This document shows positions 25,201 to 39,300 of a stretch of 64,000 nucleotides of DNA, in pieces. Positions within the stretch are counted from its first letter, which is position 1. Each line of letters begins with the position of its first letter. The notes below the pieces were generated by a model, which was not told the origin of the DNA, searched no databases, and saw only the letters and a program-made list of their open reading frames with translations. The position numbers were made by a program, and so were the translations under genes. Source of the stretch: Okamejei kenojei (taxonomy: Eukaryota); NCBI GenBank assembly GCA_035221665.1, contig CM069134.1, positions 57,164,001 through 57,228,000 of the forward strand. Direction: 5' to 3'.

Positions 25201-28200
25201 TTTCATAGAATCTCAACCTCCTCTATCTTCTCTGCTTCATGTTCCCGCACTTTTAAGGTCCAGCAAATCTTTCTACCCAGCCTGAAGATAAAATGCTAGT
25301 CTGGACTTTACATGAAGGCTACATATGTAAGCAGATAAAGTAATAAGACATCCAGACTAAAAATGCAAATTGTAGCTCTATATGGTGCCTCTTAAAAGAC
25401 TCTCAGCAGCCCAAGGAATGGTCTTTCAAGGTTCAAGAACAACATCTCCCAGTCAACCATCAGGTTCTTGAACCACATTACACCAGCAACACACTCCTTC
25501 CAAACCACAACCGACTGCATCACAATGGCTGCTCCACAAAGATTGTTTTAGTATTATCATGGTCTACTTTCCCATATTTAATAGTAACTTAATGAGACAA
25601 CATATCCATTCTATTGCTGTAATGGATATCAACTCCAATATATGCCAATATAACAATTCATTTATTTGTTATTGTTTAGCATGTGCTTTCTTTTGACTGG
25701 TTGAATTGGTGAGGACTCCGTTCATTGGTAAAAACATGCGTCATTCCCAGAGATTCTATCTTGCCAGCAGAATCCTCTCCAAACTGGTCAAGCTGTTTGA
25801 CATCTGTCTTCTGGCTTTGCCCTCATAGTGAATCCAATAACACTGCAAAGAGACCAGCTTGATTTTCAATCGCCGTTAGCTCCAGCTACTTCTGGTCAGT
25901 TGTGATGACTTGGTTTTCCCAGTGACAATCCATGGTAGGGTTCCGATGCTGCTGTTCCTCCCCTGTATGTTCCTTCCTCATTTTGTCATGTGTTGACTTG
26001 GGTGCGGGTTCTGTCCTGTGACAAGGATAGGCTTCATTACCAGAGATACCTTGGCTTTCAGTTGTCGCGTTTTGCATTTGTCATAACTACCAATGGCACT
26101 TGCTGCCTAATCTTCTCTTGGATGCCACACTTGCTCTCTTTAAAATCCTCACTTGTGTTTCCCAACAACAAGCGGCGTCAGTTATGGTGCTCATGAACTC
26201 CTGCTTGGTCCTGGCTGGGTTTTTTCTTCCTGGTCATCACTGGTGCTTTATTGTCTTCAGTGTTAAATTGGTGATGACTCCATCATCTGTCAAAAAGATT
26301 CATCAGTGCTGGAGATTCTGCCTTGCTAGCAGAGTCCTTCCACAGCTGGTCAGGCTATTTGACAACTTTCTTTTGGCTTTGTCCTGATGGTCTCGCTTGG
26401 GTGACGAAAGAGGGTCATTTGTCGTAACTATCTTTGCTTCTTGCTCCTTTTCTTCATCTTCTCTCCAGCATCCACCACAGGTCCGTCAAACGTCCGGCAC
26501 CCATCGCATGCTCATCTTCAGCTGCCGAATCTTCTCTTGGACAGCACACCTTGCTCTCTGTAACATCCTCGCTTGTGTTCCCCACCAACAAGCAGCGTCA
26601 GTTCTGATGCTCATGATCTTCTCTTTGGTTAGCTTCAGCTACTTCTGGTCAGTTGTGATGCCTTGGTTTTCCCAGTGACAATCCGTAGTAGGGTTCTGAT
26701 GCTCCTGTACGTATGTTCCTCGTTTTGTCCAGTGTTGATTTGAGTGTGGGTTCTATCCTGTGACAAAGATAGACTTCATTACCAGCGATCCCTTGGATTT
26801 CAGGTGTTGTTTTCTGCATTTGACGTAACTACCATTGGCAGTTGCCCCTCTTCATCTTCTCTTCGACACCTGGAACCCGCCGAGGGCACGTCTTCAGTTG
26901 CCGAGTCCTCTCTGGGACGGCTCCGTCAGTCTTTCACGCTCGCTGAGGGCCTAGCTCACTCTCTTTATCCATCTTGCTTGGGTGACAAAATTGGGTCATG
27001 TCATAACTATCTTTGCCACTTACTCCTCTTCATCTTATTTCCGATATCTCCTCTTCTCTTGAAAGGCACATCTTGTTCAGTTTAACATCTTCACTTGTGT
27101 TTCCCACCACCAAGCAGCATCAGTTCTGATGCTCCTATGTATGTTCCTTTCACATTTTGTCCACTGTTGATTTGGGTGTGGGTTCTGTCCTGTGACAAGC
27201 ATAGGCTTCATTACCAGAGATATCTTGGCTTTCAGGTGTCCCGTTCTGCATTTGTCGTAACTACCATTGGCAGTCACTCCTTTTCGTCTTCTCTCTGTAC
27301 TCCGGCTCCCACCAAGGGCCCGCCTTCGTCCAACCTGCGGCACCCACTGCAGGCCCGTCTTCAGCTGCCATATCCTCTCTCAGACAACACACCTTCCTCT
27401 CTTTAACATCTTCGCTTGTGTTTCCCACCAAGAAGCAGCGTTAGTTATGATGCTCATGCTCTCCTGTTTGACTCCTGACCTGCTCTTTTCCTCCTCCTCG
27501 TCATCATTGGTGCTTTCTTTTATTCAGTGTTGAAATGGTGATGGCTCTATCTTCGATCAACAAGATGCATCATTCCTGGAGATTTCTAGAGTCCTTCCAG
27601 TTAGTCATCCTATTTGACATCTGCTGTTATTTGTCACATACTGCTGTTCCTCAATGTATGTTCCTTCGTTCTTTTGTCCAGTGTTGACTTGGGTGTGGGT
27701 TCTGTCCTGTGACAAAGATAGGATTCAGTACCAGAGATCCCTTGGATTTCAGGTGTCGCGTTTTGCATTTTACGTAACTATAATTGCCACTTGCTCCTAT
27801 TCGTCTTCTCTCCGACCTCCAGCACCCGTCTTCAGCTGCCAAGTCCTCTATTTGGCTGCCGTCTTCCTCGCTCCCTGAGGGCCCAGCTCACTCTCTTTAA
27901 CCGCCTTGCTTGGGTGACGAAAGTGGGTCATGTGTCGTAACTATCTTTGCTTCTTGCTCCTCTTCTTCATCTTCTGTCTGGAACCCACCTCAGTAAGTTC
28001 CAACCTCCGGAACTCACCACAGGCCCGTCTTCAGCTTCCAAATCCTCTCTTGGACGACGCAACTTGCTCTCTTCAACGTCCTTGCTTGTTTCCCACCAAC
28101 AAGCAGCTTCAGTTATGAAGCTCATGATCACCTGTTTGGTCCTGGATGGGTCTTTTCCTCCTCGGCATCACTGGTATTTTTTTTTGTTCAGTGTAAAATT

Positions 28201-31200
28201 GGTGATGGCTCCATCTTCAGTCAAAAAGATGTATAATTCCTGCAGATTCTGCCTTGCTAGCAGAGTCCTCCCCCAGCTGGTCAGGCTGTTTGACATCTTA
28301 TTCTGTCTTTGCCCTTCTGTGAATCCAATGCAAAAAGGAGTCCAGCTTGGTTCTCAATCGTCATTAGCTCCAGCTCTCTTGGTTTTCCCAGAGACAATTT
28401 GTAGTAGGGTTCTGATGCTCCTGTTCCTCCCATGCATGTTCCTCATTTTGTCCAGTGTTGACGGGTGTGGGTTCTGTTCTGTGACAAAGTTAGGCTTAAT
28501 TACCAGCAATGACTTGGATTTCAGCTCTTGCTTTCCGCATTTGACGTAACTGCCATTGGCAGAGGCTTCTCTTAGTCTTCTCTCCATCCTCCGGCACCCA
28601 CTGAGAGCCCGTCTTCGTCCAACCTCCGGAACCCACAGCGGGCCCGTCTTCGGTTCTCTTTAACCTCCTCACTTGTGTTTCCCACCAACAAGCAGTGTCA
28701 GTTATGATGCTCAAACTCTCCTGTTAAGTCCTGGCTGTGTCTTTTCCTCCTCATCATCATCACTGCTTCTTTCTTTTATTCAGTGTTGAATTGGTGAAGG
28801 TTCCATCTCCAGTCAAAAAGATGCGTCATTCCTGGAAATCCCTGGAGTTCTTCCAGAGTTGGTCAGGCTATTTGACCTCTTTCTTCTAGTTTTGCCCTGA
28901 TGTTGAATCCAATGACACTGCAAAGAAGAGATCAGCTTGCTTCTCAATCATCTTTAACTCCAGCTCTGGTCAGTTGTGATGCCTTAGTTTTCCAAGAGAC
29001 AATCCGTGATAGGGTCAACTGTTAGATTTCCATCTGTTAGATTTCATAGAACCTCAACCTCCTCTATCTTCTCTGCTTCATGTTCCCGCGCTTTTAAGGT
29101 CAAGCAAATCTTTCTTCCCAGCCTGAAGATAAAATGCTAGTCTGGACTTTACATGAAGGCTACATATGTAAGCAAATAAAATAATAAGACATCCTGACTA
29201 AAAATGCAAATTGCAGCTCTTTATGGTGCCTCTCAAAAGACTCTCAGCAGCCCAAGGACTGGTCTTTCAAGGTTCAAGAACAGCATCTCCCCGTCAGCCT
29301 TCAGGTTCTTGAACCACATTGCACCAGCAACATACTCCTTCTAAACCACAACAGACTGCATCACAATGGCTGCTCCACAAAAATTGTTTTTGTATTATCA
29401 TGGTCTACTTTCCTATAACTAATAACATACTGAGACATTCGATTGCTGTGATGGATATCAACTCCAATATATGCCAATATAACAATTTATTTATTTGTTA
29501 TTGTTTAGTATGTGCTTTCTTTTGACTGGTTGAATTGGTGAGGGCTCCGTTCATTGGTAAAAAGATGCACCATTCCCAGAGATTCTATCTTGCCAGCAGA
29601 ATCCTCTCCGAACAGGTCAAGCTGTTTGACATCTTTCTTCTGGCTTTGCCCGTATCGTGAATCCAATGACACTGCAAAGAGACCAGCTTGATTTTCAATC
29701 GCCGTTAGCTCCAGCAGCTTCTGGTCAGTTGTGATGACTTGGTTTTCCCAGTGACAATCCATGGTAGGGTTCTGATGCTGCTGTTCCTCCCCTGTATGTT
29801 CCTTCCTCATTTTGTCCAGTGTTGACTTGGGTGTGGCTTCTGTCCTGTGACAAGGATAGGCTTCATTACTGGAGGTACCTTGGCTTTCAGTTGTCGCATT
29901 TTGCATTCTTTTGACTGGTTGAATTGGTTGATTTTCAATCGACGTTAGCTCCAGCTACTTCTGGTCAGTTGGGATGCTTTGGTTTTCAACAGTGACAATC
30001 CATTGTAGTTCTCATGCTCCTGTTCCTCCCATGTATGTTCCTTCCACATTTTGTCCGGTGTTGATTTAGTTGTGGGTTCTGTCCGGTGACAAGGATAGGC
30101 TTCCTTACCAGAGATTTCTTGGCTTTCAGGTGTCCGGTCTGCATTTGTCGTAACTACCATTGGCAGTCGCTACTCTTCGTCTTCTCTCCGTCCTCCACCA
30201 AGGGCCCGCCTTCGTCCAACCTCCGGCACCCACCACAGGCCCGTCTTCAGCTGCCGTATCCTCTCTTGGACAGCACACCTTGCTCTCTTTAGATCCTCGC
30301 TTGTGTTTCCCACCAAGAAGCAGCGTTAGTTATGATGCTCATGCTCTCCTGTTTGCTCCTGACCTGGTCTTTTCCTCCTCCTCGTCATCACTGGTGCTTT
30401 CTTTTATTCAGTTTTGAATTGGTGATGGCTCAGTCTTCAGTCAAAAAGATGCATCATTCCTGGAGATTCTTAGAGTCTTTCCAGTTAGTCATGCTATTTG
30501 ACATCTTTCTTCAGGCTTTGCCCTGATGGTGAATACAATGACACTGCAAAGATTCTAGCTTGGTTCTCAATTGCCGTTACCTCCAGCTACTTCTGGTCAG
30601 TTGTGGTGCCTAGGTTTTCAAAGAGACAATCCGTGGTAGGGTTCTGATGCTGTTGTTCCTCAATGTATGTTCCTTCTTTCTTTTGTCCAGTGTTGACTTG
30701 GGTGTGGGTTCTGTCCTGTGACAAAGATAGGCTTCATTACCAGAGATCCCTTGGCTTTCAGGTGTCGCGTTTTGCATTTGTCGTAACTATCATTGCCTCT
30801 TGCTGCTATTTATCTCCTCTCCGACCTCCAGCACCCGTCTTCAGCTGCCGAGCCCTCTCTTGGGCGGCTATATCCGTCTTCCTCGCTCCTTGAGGGCGCA
30901 GCTCACTCTCTTTATCCATCTAGCTTGGGTGACGAAATTGGGTCATGTCGTAACTATCTTTGCTTCTTGCTCCTCTTCTTCATCTTCTTTCCGGTATGCA
31001 CTGTGTGCAAAGTCCAACCTCCGGCACCCACCACAGACCCATCCTCAGTTGCCAAATGCACATCTTCATCACTTTAACATCTTGACTTGTGTTTCCCACC
31101 AACAAGCAGTGTCAATTCTGATGCTCATGCTCTCCTGTTTGGGTCTGGCTGGGTCTTTTCCTCCTCGTCTTCACTGATGCTTTCTTTTATTCAGTGTTGA

Positions 31201-33831
31201 ATTGGTGGTGGCTCCATCTTCAGTCAAAGATGCATCATTCCTGGAGATTCTGCCTTGCAAGTAGAGTCCTCCCAGAGCTGGTCAGGCTAGTTGACGTCTT
31301 TCTTCTGGCTTTGCCCTTATGGTGAATCCAATGGCACTGCAAAGAGGAGACCAGCTTGGTTCCTAATCATCATTAGCTCCAGCTACTTCTGTTCAGTTGT
31401 GATGCTTTGGTTTTCACCAGCGACAATCCGTGGTAGAGTTCTGATGCTCCTGTTCCTCCCATGTATGTTCCTTCCACATTTTGTCCAGTGTTGATTTGGG
31501 TGTGGGTCCTGACCTGTGACAAGGATAGGCTTCATTACCAGAGATTTCTTGGCTTTCAGGTGTCCCGTTCTGCATTTGTCGTAACTACCATTGGCAGTCG
31601 CTCCTCTTCGTCTTCTCTCCGTCCTCTGCCACCCACCAAGGGCCAGCCTTCGTCCAACCTCCGGCACCCACAGCGGGCCCGTCTTCAGCAGCCGTATCCT
31701 ATCTCGGACAGCACACCTTGCTCTCTTTAACATCCTTGCTTGTGTTTCCCACCAAGAAGCAGCGTTAGTTATGATGCTCATGCTCTCCTGTTTGCTCCTG
31801 ACTTGGTCTTTTCCTTCTCCTTGTCATCACTGTTAACTTATTTTATTCAGTCTTGAATTGGTGATGGCTCCATATTCAGTCAACAAAATACATCATTCCT
31901 GGAGATTCCTAGAGTCCTTCCAGAGTTAGTCATGCTATTTGACATCTTTCTTCTGGCTTTGCCCTGATGGTGAATACAATGACACTGCAAAGAGTCCAGC
32001 TTGGTTCTCGATTGCAGTTAGCTCCAGCTACGTCTGGTCAGTTGTGATGCCTTTGTTTTCAGAGACAATCCGTGGTAGGGTTCTGATGCTGCTGTTCCTC
32101 AATGTATGTTCCTTCTTTCTTTTGTCCAGTGTTGACTTGGGTGTGGTTTCTGCCCTGTGATTAAGATAGGCTTCATTACCAGAGATCCCTTGGCTTTCAG
32201 GTGCAAGTTTGCATTTTGTTGTAACTATCATTGCCTCTTGCTCCTATTCGTCTGCTCTCCGAACTCCAGCACCCGTCTTCACCTGCCAATCCTCTCTTCG
32301 ACGACGCAACTTGCTCTCTTCAACGTCGTTGCTTGTGTTTCCCACCAACAAGCAGCTTCACTAATGAAGCTCATGATCACCTGTTTGGTCCTGGATGCAT
32401 CTTTTCCTCCTCGTCATCACTGGTATTTTCTTTTGTTCAGTGTAAAATTGGTGATGGCTCCAGCTTCAGTCAAAAAGATGCATTATTCATGGAGATGCTG
32501 CCTTGCTAGCAGAGTCCTCCCCCAGCTGGTCAGGCTATTTGACATCTTTATTCTGGCTTTGCCCTTCTGGTGAATCCAATGACACTGCAAAAAGGATTCC
32601 AGCTTGGTTCTCAATCGCCGTTAGCTCCAGCTACATCTGGTGAGTTGCGATGCCTTGGTTTTCCCAGAGACAATCTGTAGTAGGGTTCTGATGCTCCTGT
32701 TCCTCCCATGCACGTTCCTCATTTTGTCCAGTGTTGACTTGGGTGCGGGTTCTGTCCTGTGACAAATATAGGCATAATTACCAGTGTTCCCTTGGGTTGC
32801 TTTCTGCATTGGACGTAACTGCCATTGGCAGATGCTTCTCTTCGTCTTCTCTCCGTCCGCCGGCACCCACTGAGGGCTCATCTTCGTCCAACCTCCAGAA
32901 CCCACCGCGGGCCCGTCTTCAGCTCTCTTAAAACTCCACACTTGTGTTTCCCACCAACAAGCAGTGTCAGTTATGATGCTCAAGCTCTCCTGTTAAGTCC
33001 TGGCTGTGTCTTTTCCTCCTCATCATCATCACTGTTGCTTTCTTTTATTCAGTGTTGAATTGGTGAAGGTTCCATCTTCAGTCAAATAGATGCGTCATTC
33101 CTGGAGATCCCGGGAGTTCTTCCAGAGTTGGTCAGGCTATTTGACATCTTCTAGCTTTGCCCTGATGGTGAATCCAATGACACTGCAAAGAAGATACCAG
33201 CTTGCTTCTCAATCATCATTAGCTCCAGCTAATTCTGGTCAGTTGTGATGCCTTGGTTTTCCAAAAGACAATCCGTGGTAGGGTCCTAAGGTTCCTGTTC
33301 CTCAATGTATGTTCTCTTTCTTTCTTTTGCCTCAATTAAACAGAATGCATCTGTCAACTGTTAGATTTCATAGAACCTCAACCTCCTCTATCTTCTCTGC
33401 TTCATGTTCCCGCGCTTTTAAGGTCAAGCAAATCTTTCTACCCAGCCGGAAGATAAAATGCTAGTCTGGACTTTACATGAAGGCTGCATACGTAAGCAAA
33501 TGAAGTAATAAGGCATCCAGACTAAAAATGCAAATTGCAGCTCTTTATGGTGCCTCCTAAAAGACTCTCAGCAGCCCAAGGACTGGTCTTTCAAGGTTTC
33601 AAAGAAACAGCATCTCCCCATCAACCACCAGATTCTTGAACCACATTACACCAGCAACACACTCCTTCTAAACCACAACAGACTGCATCACAATGGCTGC
33701 TCCACAAAGATTGTTTTTGTATTATCATGGTCTACTTTCCTAAAACTAATAATAACATAATGAGACAAGATATCCATTCGATTGCTGTCCTGGATATCAA
33801 CTCCAATATTTGCCAATATAACAATTTCTTT

Positions 33832-33894
33832 GAACCCGCCAGGTTACTCCAGCCTTTTGTGTAACCTCGATTCTCCAGCATTGCAGTTCCTTCT
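33832..33894 (+). mobile_element. Copy of the 65-bp insert in spacer D (HOR2)
   Basis: Near-identical sequence and same junctions as 17160-17224. Confidence 0.7.
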
Positions 33895-36269
33895 TAACAA
33901 TTTCTTTATTTGTTTTTGCTTAGCATGTGCTTACTTTTGACTGGTTGAATTGGTAAGGGCTCCGTTGATTGGTAAAAATATGTGTAATTCCCAGAGATTC
34001 TACCTTGCCAGCAGAATCCTCTCCAAACTGCTCAAGCTGTTTGACATCTTTCTTCTGGCTTTGCCCTTATGGTGAATCCAATGCCACTGCAAAGAGACCA
34101 GCTTGATTTTCAATCGCCGTTAGCTCCAGCTACTTCTGGTCAGTTGTGATGACTTGGTTTTCCCAGTGACAATCCATGGTAGGGTTCTGATGCTGCTGTT
34201 CCTCCCCTGTATGCTCCTGTTCCTCATTTTGTCCAGTGTTGACTTGGGTGTGGGTTCTGTCCTGTGACAAGGATAGGCTTCATTACCAGAGATACCTTGG
34301 CTTTCAGTTGTCGCGTTTTGCATTTGTCGTAACTACCAATGGCACTTCCTGCCGAATCTTCTCTTGGATGGCACACCTTGCTCTCTTTAACATCCTCACT
34401 TGTGTTTCCCAACAACAAGCAGCGTCAGTTATGATGCTCATGAACTCCTGCTTGTTCCTGCTGGGTCTTCATCTCCTCGTCATCACTGGTGCTTTCTTTT
34501 CTTCAGTGTTAAATTGGTGATGACTCCATCATCTGTCAAAAAGATGCATCATTCATGGAGATTCTGCCTTGCCAGCAGAGTCCTTCCACAGCTGGTCAGG
34601 CTATTTGACATCTTTCTTTTGGCTTTGTACTGATGGTCTCGCTTGGGTGACGAAAGTGGGACATTTGTTGTATCTATCTTTGGTTCTCGCTCCTTTTCTT
34701 CATCTTCTCTCCAGCATCCACTGCAGGTCCATAAAACATAGGGCACCCATCGCGGGTCCGTCTTCAGCTGCCGAATCTTCTCTTGGACAGCACACCTTGC
34801 TCTCTTGGGCGGCTGTATCCGTCTTTTCCTCCTTGTCATTACTGATATTTTCTTTAGTTCAGTGTTAAATTGGTGATGGCTCCATCTTCAGTCAAAAAGA
34901 TGCATCATTCCTGGACATTATGCCTTGCTAGCAGAGTCCTCCCCCAGCTGGTCAGGCTATTTGACATATTTCTTCCGCTCTTCTGGTGAATCCAATGACA
35001 CTGCAAAAAGGAGTCCAGCTTGGGTCTCAATCGTCGTTAGCTCCAGCTACGTCTGGTGAGTTGGCATGCCTTGGTTTTCCCAGAGACAATCTGCAGAAGG
35101 ATTCTGATGCTCCTGTTCCTCCCATACATGTTCCTTATTTGTCCAGTGTTGACTTGGCTGTGGGTTCTGTCCTGTGACAAAGATAGGCATAATTACCAGT
35201 GTTCCCTTGGGTTTGCTTTCTGCATTGGACGTAACTGCCATTGGCAGATGCTTCTCTTCGTCTTCTCTCCGTCCTCCGGCACCACTGAGGGCCATCTTCG
35301 TCCAACCTCCAGAACCCACCGCGGGCGGGCCACGTTCTTCAGCTCTCTTAAAACTCCAAACTTGTGTTTCCCAAAACATACAGTGTCAGTTATGATGCTC
35401 AAGCTCTCCTGTTTAAGTCCTGGCTGTGTCTTTTCCTCCTCATCATCATCACTGTTGCTTTCTTTTTATTCAGTGTTGAATTGGTGAAGGTTCCATCTTC
35501 AGTCAAATGATGCGTCATTCCTGGAGATCCCGGGAGTTCTTCCAGAGTTGGTCAGGTATTTGACATCTTCTAGCTTTGCCCTGATGGTGAATCCAATGAC
35601 ACTGCAAAGAATTGGTACCAGCTTGCTTCTCAATCATCATTAGCTCCAGCTAATTCTGGTCAGTTGTGATGCCTTGGTTTTCCAAAAGACAATCCGTGGT
35701 AGGGTCCTAAGGTTCCTGTTCTCAATGTATGTTCTCTTTCTTTCTTTTTCCTCAATTAAACAGAATGCATCTGTCAACTGTTAGATTCATAGAACCTCAA
35801 CCTCCTCTATCTTCTCTGCTTCATGTTCCCACTGTTAAGGTCAAGCAAATCTTTCTACCCAGCCTGAAGATAAAATGCTAGTCTGGACTTTACATGAAGG
35901 CTGCATACGTAAGCAAATGAAGTAATAAGGCATCCAGACTAAAAAAATGCAAATTGCAGCTCTTTATGGTGCCTCTTAAAAGACTTCAGCAGTCCAAGGA
36001 CTGGTCTTTCAAGGTTCAAGAACAGCATTCCCCATCAAACACCAGATTCTTGAAAGCACATTACACCAGCAACACACTCTTCTAAACCACAACAGACTGC
36101 ATCACAATGGCTGCTCACAAACATTGTTTTTGTATTAATCATGGTCTACTTTCCTAAACTAATATAACATAATGAACAAGATATCCATTCGATTGCTGTC
36201 CTGGATATCAACTCCAAGGTGGAGGGGGGGGGTGGGGGGTTGCGGGGCGGAATTATCGACATTTTCTTT

Positions 36270-36335
36270 GAACCCGCCGGGTTACTCCAGCCTTTTGTGT
36301 AACCTCGATTCTCCAGCATCTGCAGTATCCTTCTT
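36270..36335 (+). mobile_element. Copy of the 65-bp insert in duplicated spacer D'
   Basis: Near-identical to 17160-17224; the left flank is corrupted by a G-rich run. Confidence 0.65.
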
Positions 36336-39300
36336 TAACAATTTCTTTATTGTTTTTGCTTAGCAAAGTTGCTTACTTTTGACTGGTTGAATTGGTAAGG
36401 GCTCCGTTGATTGGTAAAAAGATGCCGTAATTCCAGAGATTCTATCTTGCCAGCAGAATCCTCTCCAAACTGCTTCAAGCTGTTTGACATCTTTCTTCTG
36501 CTTTTTGCCCTTAATGGTGAATCCAATGCCACTGCAAAGAGACCAGCTTGATTTTCAATCGCCGTTAGCTCCAGCTACTTTTGGTCAGTTTGTGATGACT
36601 GGTTTTCCCAGTGACAATCCATGGTAGGGTTCTGATGCTGCCTGTTCCTCCCCCTGTATGCTCCTGTTCCTCATTTTGTCCAGTGTTGATTGGGTGTGGG
36701 TTCTGTCCTGTAACAAGGATAGGCTTCATTACAGAGATACTTGGCTTTCAGTTGTCGCGTTTTTTGCATTTGTCGTAACTACCCAATGGCACATCCTGCC
36801 GAATCTTCTCTTGGATGGCACACCTTGCTCTCTTTAACATCCTCACTTGTGTTTCCCAACAAGCAGCGTCAGTTATGATGCTCCATGCACTCCTGCTTGT
36901 TCTGCTGGGTCTTCATCTCCTCGTCATCACTGTTGCTTTCTTTTCTTCAGTGTTAAATTGGTGATGACTCATCATCTGTCAAAAAGATGCATCATTCATG
37001 GAGATTCTGCCTTGCAGCAGAGTCCTTCCACAGCTGGTCCAGGCTATTTGACATCTTTCTTTTGGCTTTGTACTGATGGTCTCGCTTGGGTGACGAAAGT
37101 GGGACATTTGTCGTATCTATCTTTTGGTTCTCGCTCCTTTTCTTCATCTTCTCTCCAGCATACCACTGCAGGTCCATCAAACATAGGGCACCCATCGCGG
37201 GTCCGTCTTCAGCTGCCAAATCTTCTCTTGGACAAGCACACTTGCTCTCTTGGGCGGCTGTATCCGTCTTTTCCTCCTTGTCATTACTGATATTTTCTTT
37301 AGTTCAGTGTTAAATTGGTGATGGCTCCATCTTCAGTCAAAAAGATGCATAATTCCTGGACATTATGCCTTGCTAGCAGAGTCCTCCCCCAGCTGGTCAG
37401 GCTATTTGACATCTTTCTTCGCTCTTATGGTGAATCCAATCACACTGCAAAAAGGAGTCCCAGCTTGGGTCTCCATCGTCGTTAGCTCCCAGCTAGTCTG
37501 GTGAGTTGGCATGCCTTGGTTTTCCCAGAGACAATCTGCAGAAGGGATTCTGATGCTCTGTTCCTCCCATTACATGTTCTTATTTTGTCCCAGTGTTGAC
37601 TTGGCTGTGGGTTCTGTCCTGTGACAAAGATAGGCTTAATTACCAGCGATCCCTTGGATTTCAGGTGTTGCTTTCTGCATTTGATGTAAATACCATTGGC
37701 AGATGCTCCTCTTCGTCTTCTCTATTTCCTTCGGCACCCACAGAGCGTCCGTCTACGTGCAACCTCCGGAACCCACTGCTGGTGCCCGTCTTCAGCTCTC
37801 TTTTTAACCTCCTCATTTGAGTTTCCCACCAACAAGCAGTGTCAGTTTATGATGCTCATGCTCACTTGTTAGGTCCTGGCTGTGTCGTTTCCTCCTCATC
37901 ATCACACTCTTGCTTTCTTTTATTCAGTGTCGAATTGGTGAAGGTTTCATCTTCAGTCAAAAAGATGCATAATTCCTGGAGATCCCGGGAGTTCTTCCAC
38001 AGTTGGTCAGGCTATTTGACATATTTCTTCTAGCTTTGCCCTGATGGTGAATCCAATGACACTGCAAAGAAGAGACCAGCTTGCTTCTCAATCATCGTTA
38101 GCTCCAGCTCTGGTCAGTTGTGATGCCTTGGTTTTCCAAGAGACAATCCGTGGTAGGTTTCTGATATTCCTGTTCCTCAATGCATGTTCCTTCTTTCTTT
38201 TTTCTCAATTGAACAGAATGCATCTGTAAACTGTTAGATTTGCATCTGTTAGATTTCATAGAACCTCAACCTCCTCTATCTTCTCTGCTTCATGTTCCCG
38301 CACTTTTAAGGTCCAGCAAATCTAAGTCAGTGTTAAATTGGTGATGTCTCCATCATCTGTCAAAAAGATGCATCATTCCTGGAGATTCTGCCTTGCTAGC
38401 TGCCTTCAGAGCTGGTCAGTCTATTTGACATCCTTCTTTTGGCTTTGTCCTTGTGGTCTCGCTTGGGTGATGAAAGAGGGTAATTTGTCGTAACTATCTT
38501 TGCTTTCTTGCTCCTTTCTTCATCTTCTCTCCAGCATCACCACAGGTCCAACAAACACTCCTTCTCCAGCAACCCATCGCAGGCCGTCTTCCGTGCCGAA
38601 TCTCTTTGGACAGCGCACCTCGATCTCTTTAACATCCTTGCTTGAGTTACCCACCAACAAGCAGCGTCAGTTCTGATGCTCATGATCTCCTCTTTGGTTC
38701 TGGCTGGGTCCTTTCCGCCTCGTCATCACAGTGCTTTCCTTTTCTTCATTGTTGAATTGGTGATGACTCCATCTACTGTCAAAAAAGATGCATCATTCCT
38801 GGAGATTCTGCTTTGCTAGCAGAGTCCTCCCCGAGCTGGTCAGGCTATTTGACATCTTTCTTCTGGCTTTGCCCTTCTGGTGAATCCAATGACACTGCAA
38901 AGAGGAGTCCAGCTTGGTTCTCAATCGTCGTTAGCTCCAGCTACTTCTGGTCAGTTGTGATGCCTTGGTTTTACCAGTGACAATACGTAGTAGGGCTCTG
39001 ATGCTCCTGTTCCTCCATGTATGTTCCTTGTTTTGTCCAATGTTGACGAGTGTGGGTTCTGTCCTGTGACAAAGATAGACTTCATTACCAGATATCCCTT
39101 GGGTTCCAGGTGTTGCTATCTGCATTTGCCGTAACTACCATTGCCAGTTGCTTCTCTTCGTCGTCTCTTCGACATCTGGAACCCACCGAGGGCCCGTCTT
39201 CAACTGCTGATTCCTCTCTGGGACGGCTCAGTCCATCTTTCACACTCCCTGAGGGCCAGCTCACATCTCTTTATCCATCTTGCATGGGTGACGAAATTGG

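Larger units (their letters stand above)
32769..37635. repeat. ~2.42 kb direct tandem duplication inside HOR2 (32769-35186 repeated as 35187-~37635)
   Basis: At ~35186 the monomer switches from the post-D type (compare 18501 agataggcttaattaccagcgatc) to the pre-D type (compare 32765 aatataggcataattaccagtgttccc). Spacer D with its insert is then repeated. Confidence 0.8.

Noticed and set aside
36217-36262. G-rich patch replacing spacer sequence
   Set aside because: It replaces tatttgccaatataac seen in the paralogs, within the noisy duplicated segment; probable base-calling artefact.
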